Sequence record: DRR378314_2167
Length of the DNA: 42,347 nucleotides
Strand: one strand, 5' to 3'
Shown here: piece after piece, positions 1-10,426 of the stretch
How the letters are laid out: each line of letters begins with the position of its first letter
Numbering within the stretch: the stretch's first letter is position 1
Made by a program: the position numbers and the translations under genes
The notes under the pieces: generated by a model
Told to the model about the DNA's origin: nothing
The model's input: only the letters and a program-made list of their open reading frames with translations
Databases searched by the model: none

Positions 1-1
1 C

Positions 2-94
2 ACCAAGGCACGCTATCAGCGTCAGCTGGCTACCGCTATCAAGCGTGCCCGCTACCTGGCACTGCTGCCGTATTCGGACAGCCACGATAACTAA
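2..94 (+). CDS. rpsR: 30S ribosomal protein S18, 3' end (partial)
   Basis: Frame 2 reads [30 protein letters not shown], the S18 C-terminus; lies upstream of rplI. Confidence 0.97.
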   Translation, partial: TKARYQRQLATAIKRARYLALLPYSDSHDN

Positions 95-121
95 GTAACA
101 GAATTAACAGGACCCGGGACC

Positions 122-988
122 ATGCGTGCACTGGCACAGTTTGTAATGCGCGGTCCTTTGCAGGCAGGTGGGGTGGCGGCAGTTGCGACTGCGATACCTC
201 TGTTGTTCTGGATAGGTGCAGCGGTTATTGGCCTGGTCATTCTCAGGCTGGGCATTAGCCAAGGGCTGAATATAGGCCTCTGGGCATTGCTTCCGGCACT
301 CGGCTGGAGCTGGTTCGGGCAAGACCCGACGGCGCTGGTTGCGTTGCTTCAGGTAATGCTGATGGCATCCATCCTCAGAACAACCCTGTCCTGGGAGAAA
401 GCGCTGCTTGCGGGCAGTTTCCTGGGGATTGTGACAGGCTTGATGCTTCCCCTGATCTACCCGGATCTATTGAACGATCTGGTGCAGGCCGGGGTAAGAT
501 TTTACGAAGAGTACAACGCCGAAGTGGCCAGAAGTCTTGGCGGCGAACTGGAAACAGTCATTCGGCAAACCATGAATGCAAGCATGGCTGGTACGTACCT
601 GGTTATCGGGGTGTGCATGACCATGCTGGCGAGATCCTGGCAGGCCGGGCTGTACAATCCCGGCGGATTCCGGACCGAGTTTCACTCGCTCCGGCTATCA
701 CCGGCAATCGCGGTTATCTGTGTGATTACCATGGTGGTGGGGCCCGTCCTCGGGCTGAATTCCATGTTGCTGGGTTGGGCTGGAGGTTTGCCATTGTTTG
801 TGGCGGGTCTGGCCCTGGTTCATGGCGTTGTGGGTCGTAAGAATCTGAGCGGTCAGTGGCTGGTGTTGTTCTACCTGGCGCTGGTACTGCTTGGTCCAAG
901 CCTGATGATTCTGTTGGTAGTTCTGGCTTTTGTGGATAGCTGGCTGGATATCCGGAGGCGAATGAAGTCCTCTGGCCCGGCTGAATAA
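122..988 (+). CDS. DUF2232/YybS-like multi-pass membrane protein
   Basis: 288 aa, highly hydrophobic; occupies the rpsR-rplI slot typical of Pseudomonas/Marinobacter. Confidence 0.8.
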   Translation: MRALAQFVMRGPLQAGGVAAVATAIPLLFWIGAAVIGLVILRLGISQGLNIGLWALLPALGWSWFGQDPTALVALLQVMLMASILRTTLSWEKALLAGSFLGIVTGLMLPLIYPDLLNDLVQAGVRFYEEYNAEVARSLGGELETVIRQTMNASMAGTYLVIGVCMTMLARSWQAGLYNPGGFRTEFHSLRLSPAIAVICVITMVVGPVLGLNSMLLGWAGGLPLFVAGLALVHGVVGRKNLSGQWLVLFYLALVLLGPSLMILLVVLAFVDSWLDIRRRMKSSGPAE

Positions 989-1008
989 AGCACGAAGAGG
1001 TTAACGAG

Positions 1009-1455
1009 ATGGAAGTTATTCTGCTCGAAAAAGTAGCAAACCTTGGTTCACTGGGTGACAAGGTCAAGGTAAAGGCCGGTTATGGCCGTAATTTTCTGCT
1101 GCCTTATGGCAAGGCCGTTGCGGCAACCGCCGACAACCTGAAAGCCTTTGAAGAGCGCCGTGCGGAACTGGAGAAAGCAGCAGCTGAGAAGCTGGCTGCG
1201 GCCCAGGCCCGTGCCGAGGCTCTGGAAGGTGCTTCTGTCACCATCACTTCCAAGGCTGGTGAAGAAGGCAAGCTGTTCGGCTCCATCGGTGTGCGTGACA
1301 TCGCAGATGCGATTACCGCTGCCGGTACCGATGTTGAGAAAAGTGAAGTTCGTCTGCCCGAAGGCCCGCTCCGCGTGGTTGGCGAGTACGAGATCGAGCT
1401 TCAGCTGCACTCCGACGTAACCGTTCACATTAACCTGGCTGTTGTGGCCGAGTAA
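1009..1455 (+). CDS. rplI: 50S ribosomal protein L9
   Basis: [32 protein letters not shown] and GKLFGSIG motifs; GAGG RBS. Confidence 0.98.
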   Translation: MEVILLEKVANLGSLGDKVKVKAGYGRNFLLPYGKAVAATADNLKAFEERRAELEKAAAEKLAAAQARAEALEGASVTITSKAGEEGKLFGSIGVRDIADAITAAGTDVEKSEVRLPEGPLRVVGEYEIELQLHSDVTVHINLAVVAE

Positions 1456-1502
1456 ATTGACGGTTTAGTCTGAACACCGGGTTACTCCCCGGTGGCAGTC
1501 AT

Positions 1503-1547
1503 ACAGGCCCGGAATCCATTCAAGTGGTTTCCGGGCCTGTTGCTTTG
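1503..1547 (+). terminator. Probable intrinsic terminator of the ribosomal protein operon
   Basis: Long stem acaggcccggaa...ttccgggcctgt followed by T-rich tgcttt. Confidence 0.6.
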
Positions 1548-1639
1548 TGGTGTATGATTTGTGTTTTCCGTAGCTCTCCCATCGCATCGACAATCCTCGT
1601 AAACTGTCACGGATGTGATGCCCAGACGAAGACGTATCC

Positions 1640-3037
1640 ATGGCCAACCCGAATTTCAAACCGGTAAACAGCGACCCTGAGACCAGCCGAATCAAGGTTC
1701 CACCTCATTCCGTGGAGGCGGAGCAAGCGGTGCTCGGTGGCCTGATGCTGGACAACCGCCGATTTGATGAGATCTCGGAAATCATTTCCGCAGGCGATTT
1801 TTATCGTCAGGATCACCGGCTCATTTTTGGTGCCGCAGAGCGCCTTGCCGGAGAGAGCGAACCGCTGGACGTTGTCACGCTGACCGAATTCCTGGAGCGT
1901 GCCGGCGATATTGAGGACGCCGGTGGGCTGTCCTATCTGGCGGAGTTGGCCGAGAAAACCCCTGGTGCCGCCAATATCCGTGCCTATGCCGAGATTGTGC
2001 GGGAGCGGTCGATCCTGCGGCAACTGGTGCAGGTGTCCGGTCAGATATCCGATTCCGCGTTTAACCCCCAGGGGCGCAACAGCAACGAGATCCTGGACGA
2101 AGCCGAGCGTAACGTCTTCCAGATCGCCGAATCGCGCGTCAAGGAAGGCTCAGGCCCACAGGCCATCAACCCGATACTTACCAAGGCGCTCAGCCGTATT
2201 GAGGAGCTGTTTGAGTCTGGTGAGACCACAACAGGCCTGACGACGGGCTTCAAGGACCTGGACGAGTGGACATCGGGCATGCAGCCTTCGGATCTGTTGA
2301 TCGTGGCGGGGCGACCGTCCATGGGTAAGACCACCTTTGCCATGAATATCGTCGAGAACGCCTTGATCAGTACCGGCGCGCCGATTCTGGTGTTCAGTAT
2401 GGAAATGCCGGCGGATGCGCTGGTCATGCGTATGCTGTCTTCTCTTGGGCGTATTGATCAGAGCCGGATTCGTAGCGGCAAGCTGGAAGAAGACGATTGG
2501 CCCCGGCTGACATCCGCGGTAAGCCTGCTCAAAGACAAGCCGCTCTATATCGACGATACACCGGGCCTGAGCCCGACGGAAATGCGCTCCCGAGCCCGCC
2601 GTATTGCCCGGGAAAACGACGGAAAGCTTGGCCTGATCATGGTGGATTACCTCCAGTTGATGAGGGTGCCCGGTAACACTGAGGGTCGGACCGCTGAGAT
2701 TTCCGAGATCTCCCGCTCCCTGAAAGGGATTGCCAAGGAGCTCAGCTGCCCGGTAGTGGCGCTCTCCCAGCTGAACCGGAGTCTGGAGCAGCGCCCCAAC
2801 AAGCGCCCGGTGAACTCGGACTTGCGGGAGTCCGGCGCCATCGAGCAGGACGCAGACGTGATCATGTTTGTGTATCGGGACGAGGTCTACAACGAGGATA
2901 CCTCCGACAAGGGCATTGCCGAGATCATCATCGGCAAACAACGTAACGGTCCGATTGGTACCGTGCGTCTGGCTTTCATTGGCAAGTACACCAAGTTCGA
3001 GGATCTGGCCCACGGCGATTACGGCGGGGATTATTGA
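1640..3037 (+). CDS. dnaB: Replicative DNA helicase
   Basis: PPHSVEAEQAVLGGLM, Walker A GRPSMGKT, VDYLQLM, DLRESGAIEQDAD; no intein. Confidence 0.98.
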   Translation: MANPNFKPVNSDPETSRIKVPPHSVEAEQAVLGGLMLDNRRFDEISEIISAGDFYRQDHRLIFGAAERLAGESEPLDVVTLTEFLERAGDIEDAGGLSYLAELAEKTPGAANIRAYAEIVRERSILRQLVQVSGQISDSAFNPQGRNSNEILDEAERNVFQIAESRVKEGSGPQAINPILTKALSRIEELFESGETTTGLTTGFKDLDEWTSGMQPSDLLIVAGRPSMGKTTFAMNIVENALISTGAPILVFSMEMPADALVMRMLSSLGRIDQSRIRSGKLEEDDWPRLTSAVSLLKDKPLYIDDTPGLSPTEMRSRARRIARENDGKLGLIMVDYLQLMRVPGNTEGRTAEISEISRSLKGIAKELSCPVVALSQLNRSLEQRPNKRPVNSDLRESGAIEQDADVIMFVYRDEVYNEDTSDKGIAEIIIGKQRNGPIGTVRLAFIGKYTKFEDLAHGDYGGDY

Positions 3038-4137
3038 TGCCACGGAACACCGTTGCCCGTATTGATACCAGTGCGCTCCGCCATAATTATCGTCTCGCCT
3101 GCAGGTTGGCTCGCCCGGCCCGCGTAATGGCCGTTATCAAGGCCGATGGCTACGGTCATGGAATTCGTGAAGTAGCGCGCGCGCTGGCGAACGACGCACC
3201 CAAGTTTGCCGTTGCCTGCCTGGAAGAAGCGTTGGCGATCCGAGAGGCCGGTGTGACGCATCCTGTAGTGTTGCTGCAGGGGGTGCACAGCGCCGATGAC
3301 GTGGCTGTCTGTGTCCGCGAGGGATTTGAACTGGTGGTTCACAGTGACTACCAACTGGACTGGTTGGAGCAGGCGCCGGAAACGCCACAGATCTGGCTGA
3401 AAGTGAATACCGGCATGAACCGGCTTGGCTTTGCACCGACCACGCTGGGAGATGTTATGGCCCGCGTGGTAGCCAATGGGGCGGTTGATAAGGTCATCGG
3501 TTTCGTCACGCACTTTGCCTGCGCGGACGATGTTTCCAGTGACTTCACGGACCAGCAGACCCGGGTATTCACAGAAGCGGTGGTGGACTGGCCCGCGCTC
3601 GAGAAAAGCGCCGCCAATTCCGCGGCCCATTTTTTTCCCGGTCAGCCGTCGTTTGACTGGAGCCGCCCTGGAATCATGCTCTATGGCGCCTCTCCGACTC
3701 TGGGCAAAATAGGACCGGAGTTGGGTCTGGAAGCGGTGATGACGCTGGAAGCCCCACTCACAGCAGTACGGACCCTGAAACCTGGCGAATCCGTGGGCTA
3801 CGGTTGCTCCTGGACGGCGTCGCAGGAAACCCGGATGGGCATTGTTGCGATAGGCTACGGCGACGGCTATCCGCGGCACGCAGGCACGGATACACCAGCC
3901 TGGGTGGCTGGCAATCGCATACGCCTGATTGGCAGGGTATCCATGGATATGCTGGCGGTGGACCTGACTAACGCCCCGGACGCACACCCTGGTGACTCAG
4001 TGGAGCTGTGGGGCCGGCATGTAAGCGTGGACGAGGTGGCGCAACACGCCGGCACCATAGGCTACGAACTGCTAACGGGTATTACAGCCCGGGTGCCCAG
4101 GCTGTACGAGAGTTCGGATAGCTCCGCTGCGGGGTAG
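3037..4137 (+). CDS. alr: Alanine racemase
   Basis: PLP lysine motif AVIKADGYGHG, IGYGDGYPR, GRVSMD; ATG overlaps the dnaB stop (TGATG). Confidence 0.96.
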   Translation: MPRNTVARIDTSALRHNYRLACRLARPARVMAVIKADGYGHGIREVARALANDAPKFAVACLEEALAIREAGVTHPVVLLQGVHSADDVAVCVREGFELVVHSDYQLDWLEQAPETPQIWLKVNTGMNRLGFAPTTLGDVMARVVANGAVDKVIGFVTHFACADDVSSDFTDQQTRVFTEAVVDWPALEKSAANSAAHFFPGQPSFDWSRPGIMLYGASPTLGKIGPELGLEAVMTLEAPLTAVRTLKPGESVGYGCSWTASQETRMGIVAIGYGDGYPRHAGTDTPAWVAGNRIRLIGRVSMDMLAVDLTNAPDAHPGDSVELWGRHVSVDEVAQHAGTIGYELLTGITARVPRLYESSDSSAAG

Positions 4138-4141
4138 GTGA

Positions 4142-4501
4142 TCAGGAGGCGGGTTCAGGCTCGTGAATGATTTCCTCGATGAAATCGAGAATGGCTGCCA
4201 GGCTTCGGTCATCCAGTTTCTTCAGTACCTTGTGCACCACCATTTTGCTGCCCTTGAGCATGCTGCTGATGCCCATTCTGGCCATGCCCATCAGCATGCT
4301 GCTGGCGTTCAGGCGGCGTAGGGGTTCCAGGAAAAAGAAATCCAGGCCGTTGTCGGTCATCTCGACAATCAGTTCGAACAGTTTTTCGATGGCTTCCTTG
4401 TCCGCCTTTCCCCGCTCCCGGAGCTCATTGACGGTGTACAGAGCGCGGGTGCGGAGCTCATCCGGGATGGGGGCAACGATATGGCTTTGTTGTTTCAGCA
4501 T
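4142..4501 (-). CDS. Hypothetical helical protein (119 aa)
   Basis: Fills the gap after alr; AGGA RBS; protein-like composition; no recognised motif. Confidence 0.75.
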   Translation of the reverse strand: MLKQQSHIVAPIPDELRTRALYTVNELRERGKADKEAIEKLFELIVEMTDNGLDFFFLEPLRRLNASSMLMGMARMGISSMLKGSKMVVHKVLKKLDDRSLAAILDFIEEIIHEPEPAS

Positions 4502-4750
4502 GTGGGATCCTGTTGTTGTATGCTCGTCAGGTCTGCTCAGTTCTCCGACACGTATTCTAGGGTGTGTACCCTGCGTGCCATTGGCTTGAACGGTATCGGA
4601 TGCCCGTCATATCAGTGATATCCCGTGTACGCGTTCCAACAGGCCGCACGAACGATTACAGTGTGGTGACGACATACATCAGCATACAGACTTAACGGCA
4701 ACGGTCGTGTTACCCGTTGCGAAGCTTGAAACCGGAGGCGATGAGCGCTC

Positions 4751-5629
4751 GTGCACGTTCTTGTTGTTCATGATTATGGCCCATTGGGGCGGGTATTGCT
4801 GGAGCGCCTGAGGAATACATCGCTCCATGTCAGCCCGTTGCTGATCAGCGAGCTTGAAACAGCGGACTTTTCGGCGCTGGAGGGCTGGATTCCCCACGAT
4901 ACCGACCTGATCGTGAACGCGTTGTGGCTGGTTGACCCTGAGAGCGCGGAGAAGAACCCGGAGTATGCCCACAAAGCGGCGTTTTCGTTGCCCGTAGCGC
5001 TGGCGGAGCACGCCTGTGAGCGCAACATTGCGTTGCTGCAGCTGTCGTCTTCCTACGTGTTCGACGGTCGGAAACAGAGTGCCTACATTGCTTCCAATCC
5101 CGGTCAGCCCTGTAACGAGCTGGGTAACTGGCAATGGGAATGCGAACAGGCATTGAGAACGTTGTTGCCGCGGCACATTATTCTGAGGACGGGCTGGAGC
5201 CTGGGGCGTTTCATCCGCAAGGTGCAGACCGTTGCCGCAGGGTCCGACACCATCAAGTTGCCCGGCAAGTGCCGTGGCCAGCCCGTGACCGTCAGTGACC
5301 TTGCCCGGGTGATTACCGCGATTGTCCAGCAGATAGACTGTGGCGCAGAGGTGTGGGGCACCTATCAGTACGCCGGCTCGGAAGATATCTCACTCTACGA
5401 GTTAGGGCTCGCCATCACGGGATTGAGCGGTATTCCCGATGGTATCCGGGTGGTGGATGAAACGCCCGCCTGGGCAACCTTTGAACCTGCGAATGCCACC
5501 ATGATCTGCACCAAGATCCGCAACACCTTTGGCGTCAAGCAGCTTCCCTGGCGTTCGGGGCTTGCTGAGGAACTGGAGCTGCTATCTATGAACGGCGGCA
5601 AGGAGCTGACGGACGAACCGACGAGTTGA
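4751..5629 (+). CDS. RmlD-like sugar-nucleotide-binding SDR with degenerate catalytic motifs
   Basis: LSSSYVFDG (cf. STDYVFDG), IILRTGW, GQPVTVSDLA, WGTYQY; GTG start. Confidence 0.8.
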   Translation: MHVLVVHDYGPLGRVLLERLRNTSLHVSPLLISELETADFSALEGWIPHDTDLIVNALWLVDPESAEKNPEYAHKAAFSLPVALAEHACERNIALLQLSSSYVFDGRKQSAYIASNPGQPCNELGNWQWECEQALRTLLPRHIILRTGWSLGRFIRKVQTVAAGSDTIKLPGKCRGQPVTVSDLARVITAIVQQIDCGAEVWGTYQYAGSEDISLYELGLAITGLSGIPDGIRVVDETPAWATFEPANATMICTKIRNTFGVKQLPWRSGLAEELELLSMNGGKELTDEPTS

Positions 5630-5650
5630 TCGCCGGCTCGCTTGGGTTTT

Positions 5651-6397
5651 CTAGGCGTTCTGGCGGGCGACTTCCCGGGTAACGGTCTGCAGTGCTTCCA
5701 CGTTGAGCAGTTCCACTTCACGGCCTTTCGCGCTGATGATGCCCTGACTCTGGAAACGCGTGAACACCCGGCTGACCGTTTCCACGGCCAGGCCTAGGAA
5801 GTTGGCGATGTCGTTCCGGGCCATTGGCAGGCTGAATTTGGTGCCGGACATACGGCGGCGCTGGAAGCGGCTCGACAGAGACAGCAAGAGCGCGGCAATC
5901 CGCTCTTCAGCTGTATTCTTGCTGAGCAACATGGCCAGTTGATGGCTGCCCCGGATTTCCTGACTCATCAGATGATACATATGGTGCTGAAGGTCTGGCA
6001 TCTTGCCGGTGAGTTCTTCCAGCCGGTCGACCGGGAACTCACAGACGCTGGTTCGCTCCAGAGCCTTTGCCGTGCAGGCGTACTGCTCGCTACCGATACT
6101 GTCCAGGCCCACCAGCTCGCCGGGCATAAAGAATCCAGTCACCTGCTCCTCGCCGCTTTCGCTGACGATGGATGTCTTGATCGCGCCACTTTTAACCGCG
6201 AAGCAGGACCTTAGCGGGGTGCTCTGATCAAAAATATGCTCGCCGCGATTGTAGATACGCCCCTGCTGGACGATGTCCTCAATGCGGTCCAGCTCGTTTT
6301 CTTCCACGGCCAGCGGCAGGCAGAGGTTGCTGAGGCTGCATTGATGGCAGGACGCCTTGAGCGGAGAGACTTGGTAAAGTCGAATAGGTTGGGGCAT
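5651..6397 (-). CDS. fnr: FNR/ANR O2-sensing transcriptional regulator
   Basis: N-terminal CHQCSLSNLC [4Fe-4S] ligands plus central Cys (SVCEF); HTH GLAVETVSR. Confidence 0.93.
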   Translation of the reverse strand: MPQPIRLYQVSPLKASCHQCSLSNLCLPLAVEENELDRIEDIVQQGRIYNRGEHIFDQSTPLRSCFAVKSGAIKTSIVSESGEEQVTGFFMPGELVGLDSIGSEQYACTAKALERTSVCEFPVDRLEELTGKMPDLQHHMYHLMSQEIRGSHQLAMLLSKNTAEERIAALLLSLSSRFQRRRMSGTKFSLPMARNDIANFLGLAVETVSRVFTRFQSQGIISAKGREVELLNVEALQTVTREVARQNA

Positions 6398-6417
6398 TAC
6401 AGACGAGCCACCTGTTA

Positions 6418-6431
6418 TTGATTCATGTCAA
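6418..6431. promoter_or_regulatory. FNR box upstream of fnr
   Basis: TTGAT-TCAT-GTCAA, one mismatch to TTGAT-N4-ATCAA, 21-34 nt upstream of the start codon. Confidence 0.65.
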
Positions 6432-6539
6432 AGACGTACTGTAATACGGACACGGTGCTTTGCCAATAACGATGGCAACGCTAAAAGGTACGCATATACC
6501 CGGCCATCGGCCCCGAGTCGAGGCCATGGCGAGCATGAT

Positions 6540-7748
6540 TCAGACCTTACCAAACACCAGCGACGCGTTGGTACCGCCGAATCCAAAGCTATTGGACATC
6601 ACTGTACTGAGTGTTGCTGATTTGGAGTCAGGGCCCACCACCGGCATGCCGGAAATCGTTTCATCCAGGTTTGTGAGGTTTTTGGTACCTGCAATAAAGC
6701 CATTCTGCAGCATAATCAGTGAATAGATGGCCTCATGGACACCGGAGGCCCCCAGCGAGTGCCCGGATAGCGACTTGGTGGATGAGATCTCCGGTATTCG
6801 GTCACCGAACACGTTCCGGACTGCCTTCATTTCCGCCACATCGCCGACGGGTGTACTGGTGCCGTGTGCGTTGATGTAATCCACCGGCGCCTTGACCGTG
6901 GCCAGGGCCTGCTGCATGCAGCGCATGGCTCCTTCGCCAGCCGGAGCGACCATGTCATGCCCGTCGGAGGTGGCGCCATAACCGGTCAGTTCTGCAATGA
7001 TCGGCGCGCCGCGCCTGAGAGCGTGCTCCAGCTCTTCCATGACCACCATGCCGCCACCGCCTGCGATAACGAATCCATCACGGCCGGCATCGAAGGGCCT
7101 GGAGGCGGTTTCCGGTGCATCGTTGTATTTCGTGGAGAGCGCGCCCATGGCGTCGAACAGCATGGTCAGGCTCCAGTCCTCTTCTTCGCCACCGCCGGCA
7201 AACACGATGTCCTGCTTGCCGGACTGAATCTGCTCCGCGGCGTGGCCAATACAGTGCGCACTGGTGGCGCAGGCGGACGACATGGAGTAGTTCACACCGC
7301 GAATTTTGAAAGCGGTGGCCAGGCAGGCCGACACGGTGCTGGTCATGATCCGAGGCACCATGTAGGGCCCGATGCGTTTGACGCCTTTCTCGCGCATGAT
7401 ATCCACGGCTTCCACCTGGCTGGCGCTGGATGCACCCCCAGAGCCGGCAATCAAGCCGGTACGGTCATTGGATATCAGCTCCTCCGTCAACTTTGAGGAT
7501 GCAATGGCCTGCTCCATGGCGAGATAACTGTACATGGCCGACTGGCCCATGAAGCGTCGGGTTTTACGGTCGATGACGGACGTGTCCACATCCACGGAAC
7601 CCGCCACATGGCTACGGAAGCCCATGTCACGATAGGTTTCATTGAATCGGATGCCGGAATTGCCGGCCTTGAGGCTCTCCAGCACCGCATCCGTGGAGTT
7701 GCCGAGGCAGGAAACAATGCCCATTCCGGTAACCACAACACGTCTCAT
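6540..7748 (-). CDS. fabB: Beta-ketoacyl-ACP synthase I
   Basis: Likely start [10 protein letters not shown] at 7748 (AAGGAG RBS); [37 protein letters not shown]. Confidence 0.95.
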   Translation of the reverse strand: MRRVVVTGMGIVSCLGNSTDAVLESLKAGNSGIRFNETYRDMGFRSHVAGSVDVDTSVIDRKTRRFMGQSAMYSYLAMEQAIASSKLTEELISNDRTGLIAGSGGASSASQVEAVDIMREKGVKRIGPYMVPRIMTSTVSACLATAFKIRGVNYSMSSACATSAHCIGHAAEQIQSGKQDIVFAGGGEEEDWSLTMLFDAMGALSTKYNDAPETASRPFDAGRDGFVIAGGGGMVVMEELEHALRRGAPIIAELTGYGATSDGHDMVAPAGEGAMRCMQQALATVKAPVDYINAHGTSTPVGDVAEMKAVRNVFGDRIPEISSTKSLSGHSLGASGVHEAIYSLIMLQNGFIAGTKNLTNLDETISGMPVVGPDSKSATLSTVMSNSFGFGGTNASLVFGKV

Positions 7749-7966
7749 ACGTTTCTCCTTGGCAGGGCCTGCACCGGGAACCGGGCCGATCCCTTCTATC
7801 TCTGACTGTAACCACCAGTCTAGGCGCTTTGGTGCCGGAGCGATATTTGACCTTGGTAAGGTGTCGGCCAGCGCGAGGCGATCGGGTGTAGCCGTTACGT
7901 ACAAGGCGGCGACCATGGACGCTGGTAGGATGACATTTATCAACAATAATCAAAGGGAAATGCACC

Positions 7967-8482
7967 GTGCGTTCACTGTCTCAGTTTCTTCATGACTACG
8001 GCGACAGCCACCAGAATACCATCAACCAGTGGGTCCATATTGTCTGCGTTCCGGCAATCCTGATCTCAACGCTGGGATTGTTCTGGCTGATACCCGTGGG
8101 GAATTGGCTTGGTCTTACCGGCTCTGTGGCCTATTGGGTCAACGGTGCCACGATTCTCGCCGGGTTGTCGGGTATCGTCTATCTGCGACTGTCGTTTTGG
8201 GTGTTTGCCTTGATGGCGGGCTGGTTTGTGCTTTCCTTGTGGGCCATACAGAGCGTACTGTCCAGTGGACTGTCCCTGTTCTGGACCAGTCTTGTGGTCT
8301 GGGTCCTCGCCTGGGCGGTCCAGGTGGTTGGCCATAAGATTGAAGGTAAGAAACCCTCGTTCGTGGAAGATCTTGTGTTTCTGCTGATCGGGCCAATCTT
8401 CGTGAGCATCGAATTCGCAGCGAAGCTGGGAATACCGGTTCCTCACGCCAACAAGGGCGGGCATCAGCCGCAGAGTCACTGA
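7967..8482 (+). CDS. DUF962/Mpo1-like membrane protein
   Basis: YGDSHQN..N.WVHIVCVP and Q.VGHKIEGKKPSF..DL.FLLIGP motifs. Confidence 0.88.
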   Translation: MRSLSQFLHDYGDSHQNTINQWVHIVCVPAILISTLGLFWLIPVGNWLGLTGSVAYWVNGATILAGLSGIVYLRLSFWVFALMAGWFVLSLWAIQSVLSSGLSLFWTSLVVWVLAWAVQVVGHKIEGKKPSFVEDLVFLLIGPIFVSIEFAAKLGIPVPHANKGGHQPQSH

Positions 8483-8500
8483 AAGAAGGCTGCTTGAGGT

Positions 8501-9322
8501 ATGCTTGCAGGGAAACGCGGAATTGAGTGTAACGCCATGCAGGCACCTCCCCTCAGGACGGCAACCAACAATCAGGGCCACAAGGGCACCTTGTTCCTGT
8601 GGCAGGATCACTGGCAGGCTCTTGGGCGATTGATGCCCAACCGCTCCCACCGCCATATTAGCGCCTCTGTGCTGGTGGGGCTCGACAGGCCCTTTCGACT
8701 GGCCGTGGACGGCGAATGGCGGGAAACCCGCGCAGCCCTGGTTGCCCCGGATGTTTCCCAGGCGCTGGAGCCTGGGGACGCCAGGATCTGGAGCATCCAG
8801 CTCGACCCGGACAGCGTTTACTGGCGGTCCCTGAAACGCAGAGCGGCGGGTATGGCCTCCACGGACCTGCTGTTGTCCGGCGCTGAACTGCCGGATCCCG
8901 AAGAAAACACCTGCGAGGCCATGGCTGGCGCGCTGGCAGCGGTGATCGCCCAGAGTGGACACGCACCCATTGCACTGGACGACCGTATAGCGGCGGTTTG
9001 CGAGACCCTGCGGGCAGAGTTGCCGGAACGCCTGGATCTGAGCCTTCTGGCTCAAAGCGTTGGGCTATCGTCTTCGCGGCTGACCCACCTGTTTCGTCAG
9101 GAAACGGGCGTGTCGCTGCGCCGTTTTCTACTGCACCTGAAGATCAACCGGGCATTGGCGTATTGGGAGCCGGGTAAATCGGTTTCCCGGTTGGCGGCTG
9201 AGGCCGGATTCTACGACCAGCCTCACCTGGTCCGCACGGCGCGTGACATGTTCGATGCCTTGCCGTCAGCCTATGTGACGGCAGGGTGGTTCAAAGTGTG
9301 CCGTTGCGGCCTTGATCATTAA
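8501..9322 (+). CDS. AraC-family transcriptional regulator (start may be 8537)
   Basis: C-terminal LAQSVGLSSSRLTHLF...AGFYDQPHL double HTH; N-terminal cupin-like HRH. Confidence 0.9.
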   Translation: MLAGKRGIECNAMQAPPLRTATNNQGHKGTLFLWQDHWQALGRLMPNRSHRHISASVLVGLDRPFRLAVDGEWRETRAALVAPDVSQALEPGDARIWSIQLDPDSVYWRSLKRRAAGMASTDLLLSGAELPDPEENTCEAMAGALAAVIAQSGHAPIALDDRIAAVCETLRAELPERLDLSLLAQSVGLSSSRLTHLFRQETGVSLRRFLLHLKINRALAYWEPGKSVSRLAAEAGFYDQPHLVRTARDMFDALPSAYVTAGWFKVCRCGLDH

Positions 9323-10206
9323 GCCTTGTCTGCTTTCTCGCGTTGACGTTCAGCTTCTTCCCGGGCTTCGTGCTCCACCATGGCGGGCGTCTCCAATGAA
9401 ATCCGCCCGAGCTTCCCGGAGCGGAATTCGTTGAGCAGTATTTCCGACACTTTGTGCAAGTCCGGAACGCCGCCTCGCCCCAGGAACCGCCGTTTTTCCG
9501 CGATGCCGTCCATCAGGGCCAGCCCGTCCCGCGGCCGTTCCTCGAAACCGTAGCGTGCCATTGCCAGTTCGGGATACGCTTCCAGCAGGTAATCCGCTTC
9601 GAATAAGGCCACGTCTTCGAATTCAATCACCGCACTGCGAATGGCGCCGCTAATCGCCAGCCGATAACCACAGGCCTCCGGCGACAGCTTGGGCCAGAGA
9701 AACCCTGGCGTATCATAGAGCAGCACGTTATCGGGCAGCTTGATCGCTTGCTGTGCACGCGTCACTGCGGGTTCATTCCCGGTTTTGGCGGCCGGCCGGC
9801 CCGCCATGGTGTTGATCAGCGTGGACTTGCCCACGTTAGGGATACCCAGGATCATCACCCGAAGCGCCCGCTTCTGACGATCATGATCGGGCGTCATTTC
9901 ACCGGCCAGCCGCAGGATATCGAGCGCTTCCGCGCGCTGGTTGTGAGTCATGGTAATGGCTCGAACGCCACGTTCCTTTTCGAACCAGCTGAGCCATTGT
10001 TCGGTAATGGCCGGGTCAGCCAGGTCTCTTTTGTTGAGCACCTTGATGACGGGGGTATCACCGCGCAGGGCAGGGACAAGCGGGTTTTCGCTGCTGAACG
10101 GCAGGCGCGCATCCACGACCTCGATAATGAGATCCATCTGCGGCATTACCTTCTTGATTTCCTTGCGGGCCTTGTGCATATGCCCTGGAAACCAGTTAAT
10201 GGCCAT
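9319..10206 (-). CDS. ylqF: Ribosome biogenesis GTPase YlqF/RbgA
   Basis: INWFPGHM, EVVDARLP, NKRD, GIPNVGKS, DTPG (circularly permuted GTPase). Confidence 0.95.
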   Translation of the reverse strand: MAINWFPGHMHKARKEIKKVMPQMDLIIEVVDARLPFSSENPLVPALRGDTPVIKVLNKRDLADPAITEQWLSWFEKERGVRAITMTHNQRAEALDILRLAGEMTPDHDRQKRALRVMILGIPNVGKSTLINTMAGRPAAKTGNEPAVTRAQQAIKLPDNVLLYDTPGFLWPKLSPEACGYRLAISGAIRSAVIEFEDVALFEADYLLEAYPELAMARYGFEERPRDGLALMDGIAEKRRFLGRGGVPDLHKVSEILLNEFRSGKLGRISLETPAMVEHEAREEAERQREKADKA

Positions 10207-10426
10207 GGTTGATACTCCTGAAATGGCTGAACGGCGCCATTATGGACGGGAATGACTAAATTTTCACATTTCTCTGAACCCGCCCATGGCGGGAGCTGAG
10301 GCTGGCGACGTTGTGAAGTATGTACAAAAAGAAGGGGGTTCGGGATGAAATGCCCGGTTGTTTTGTTTTAGGGTGTAGGGCTCGAAAACCCAAAGCGACT
10401 TAAATAATCGATTAGTGGAGATTTCT

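Noticed and set aside
7749-7946. Long N-terminal extensions of fabB (also lipA to 16032, metY to 17320, pvdA from 29776)
   Set aside because: Family N-termini and RBS-like sites lie at downstream ATGs
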